Assembly (NCBI RefSeq): GCF_035084215.1
Contig: NC_090348.1
Span: 44,888,001 to 44,952,000 of the forward strand
From: Heptranchias perlo
Lineage: Eukaryota
Length of the DNA stretch: 64,000 nt
Direction of reading: 5' to 3'
This document shows, one piece after another, positions 62,744-64,000 of this stretch. A model generated the notes under the pieces. That model searched no databases, was not told where the DNA came from, and was given only the letters and a program-made list of their open reading frames with translations. Numbering within the stretch: position 1 is the stretch's first letter; every line of letters starts with the position of its first letter. The translations under genes and the position numbers were made by a program.

Positions 62744-64000
62744 ACTTCCTCTGTCCCCGGGGCTGGGCCGAGCTCAGCCTGTCGCTCAAGTGTGACCGCG
62801 GTCCCCTTTCTCTTCCGCCCCCACGCACAGAATTGGTGATGGACTGGGGTGGACAAATGTAAGAAGTCTTACAGCATCAGGTTATAGTCCAACAGCTTTA
62901 TTTGAAATCACAAGCTTTCGCAGCTGTCCTCCTTGGTCACTCACCTGATGACTGTTGTCCGACTCCTGACATTGAGGCACAGAATTAACCAGTGCCTCCG
63001 ATGTGCCGTTATCCGTGCATTCTCTCATATGGTGTTGCAAATGAGGTTGAAGAAGCAGATTCCAGTTCATTTAAACAAAGTAAAAACTGCAGATCTTGGA
63101 AAGAAATAACTTGTATTTTATATAGCACCTTTCGTGACCTCAGAAAGTCCCAAAGCGCTTTACAGCCAATACAGTGCGGAGATGTAGTCACTGTTGTAAT
63201 GTAGGGAAATGCAGCAGTCAGCAAGGTCCCACAAACAGCAGATAACGACCTGATTAAACTGTTTTAGTGGTGTTGGATGAGGAATAAATATTGGCCAGGA
63301 CAGGAGGGAGGGGAAATCCCCACTTTTTTTTTGAATAGTGCCCTGGGATCTTTTACGCCCACCTAAGAGGGTAGTTTTAATGTGTCATCTGAAAGTCGGC
63401 ACCTCTGACAGTGCAACGCTCCCTCAGTACAGCACTAGAGTGTCAGCTGGAACTCAAGTCTCTGGAGTGGGACTTGAGAACCCACAACCTTCTGACTCAG
63501 AGGCACGAACGCTATCACCTGAGCCAAGGCTCACACCTTGAAACAAATCTGAAATAAAAACAGAAAATGCTTGAGACGTTCTGTAGGCCAGTCAGCATCT
63601 GTGCAGAGCACAGGTTAATGGTTTGGGTGTGGACTCTTGCTAAAAGATAAAAGGTGGACAGGCATGTTAATGGGAATTGAAAAATTGAGGGGTGGTGGGA
63701 AGAAAACAACAAACCCAGAGAGGAGTCATGAGTGGATTGACGTAACAAATTATCTCAGTCATGTAATAGCTAGAGGCGTAAAGACATTAAAGAAACAAAG
63801 TGTATGTAAATATCGATGAGAATGAGAGGCTTGGGGAAATGCGAGAAGATGGGAGAGATTGGTGTAGGGTATATAATAAACACAGGTTTAAAAGTGAGGA
63901 TATAGTTCAAGACTGAATTTACTGAAGTGCTCAAGTCAGAGGGTTACAGGGTGCCTAGGAGCAAGATGAGATATTGTTCCTACATTGCAAGAATGACACC

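Overview
Vertebrate genomic DNA, most likely a cartilaginous fish (shark), inferred from SacSINE1/DeuSINE-type SINEs and the CR1, Penelope and Harbinger repeat mix. Most of the window is transposable elements. Host-gene content is (i) a minus-strand Ig-superfamily gene with leader (8747-8795), a V domain carrying a germline-joined J-like strand and a CD28/CTLA-4-like PPP loop (7197-7556) and a C1-set domain (2370-2690), all splicing in phase 1, with the TM/tail exon unresolved; and (ii) a CpG-rich putative promoter/first exon present twice through a ~6.4-kb tandem duplication (48141-54589 and 54590 to window end). Mobile elements include a decayed LTR retroelement (25271-33993; GATG TSD, retrovirus-like pol, Cys-rich env-like remnant, possibly lokiretrovirus-like), Penelope elements whose pseudo-LTRs carry minimal hammerhead ribozymes (hairpin, inverted and tandem forms), PIF/Harbinger elements, MITEs, many CR1 LINEs, and a near-intact 3.3-kb ORF1-less APE-RT LINE with a tRNA-derived Pol III head. 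All coordinates were read by eye; repeat boundaries are approximate unless a TSD, TIR or splice site is quoted.
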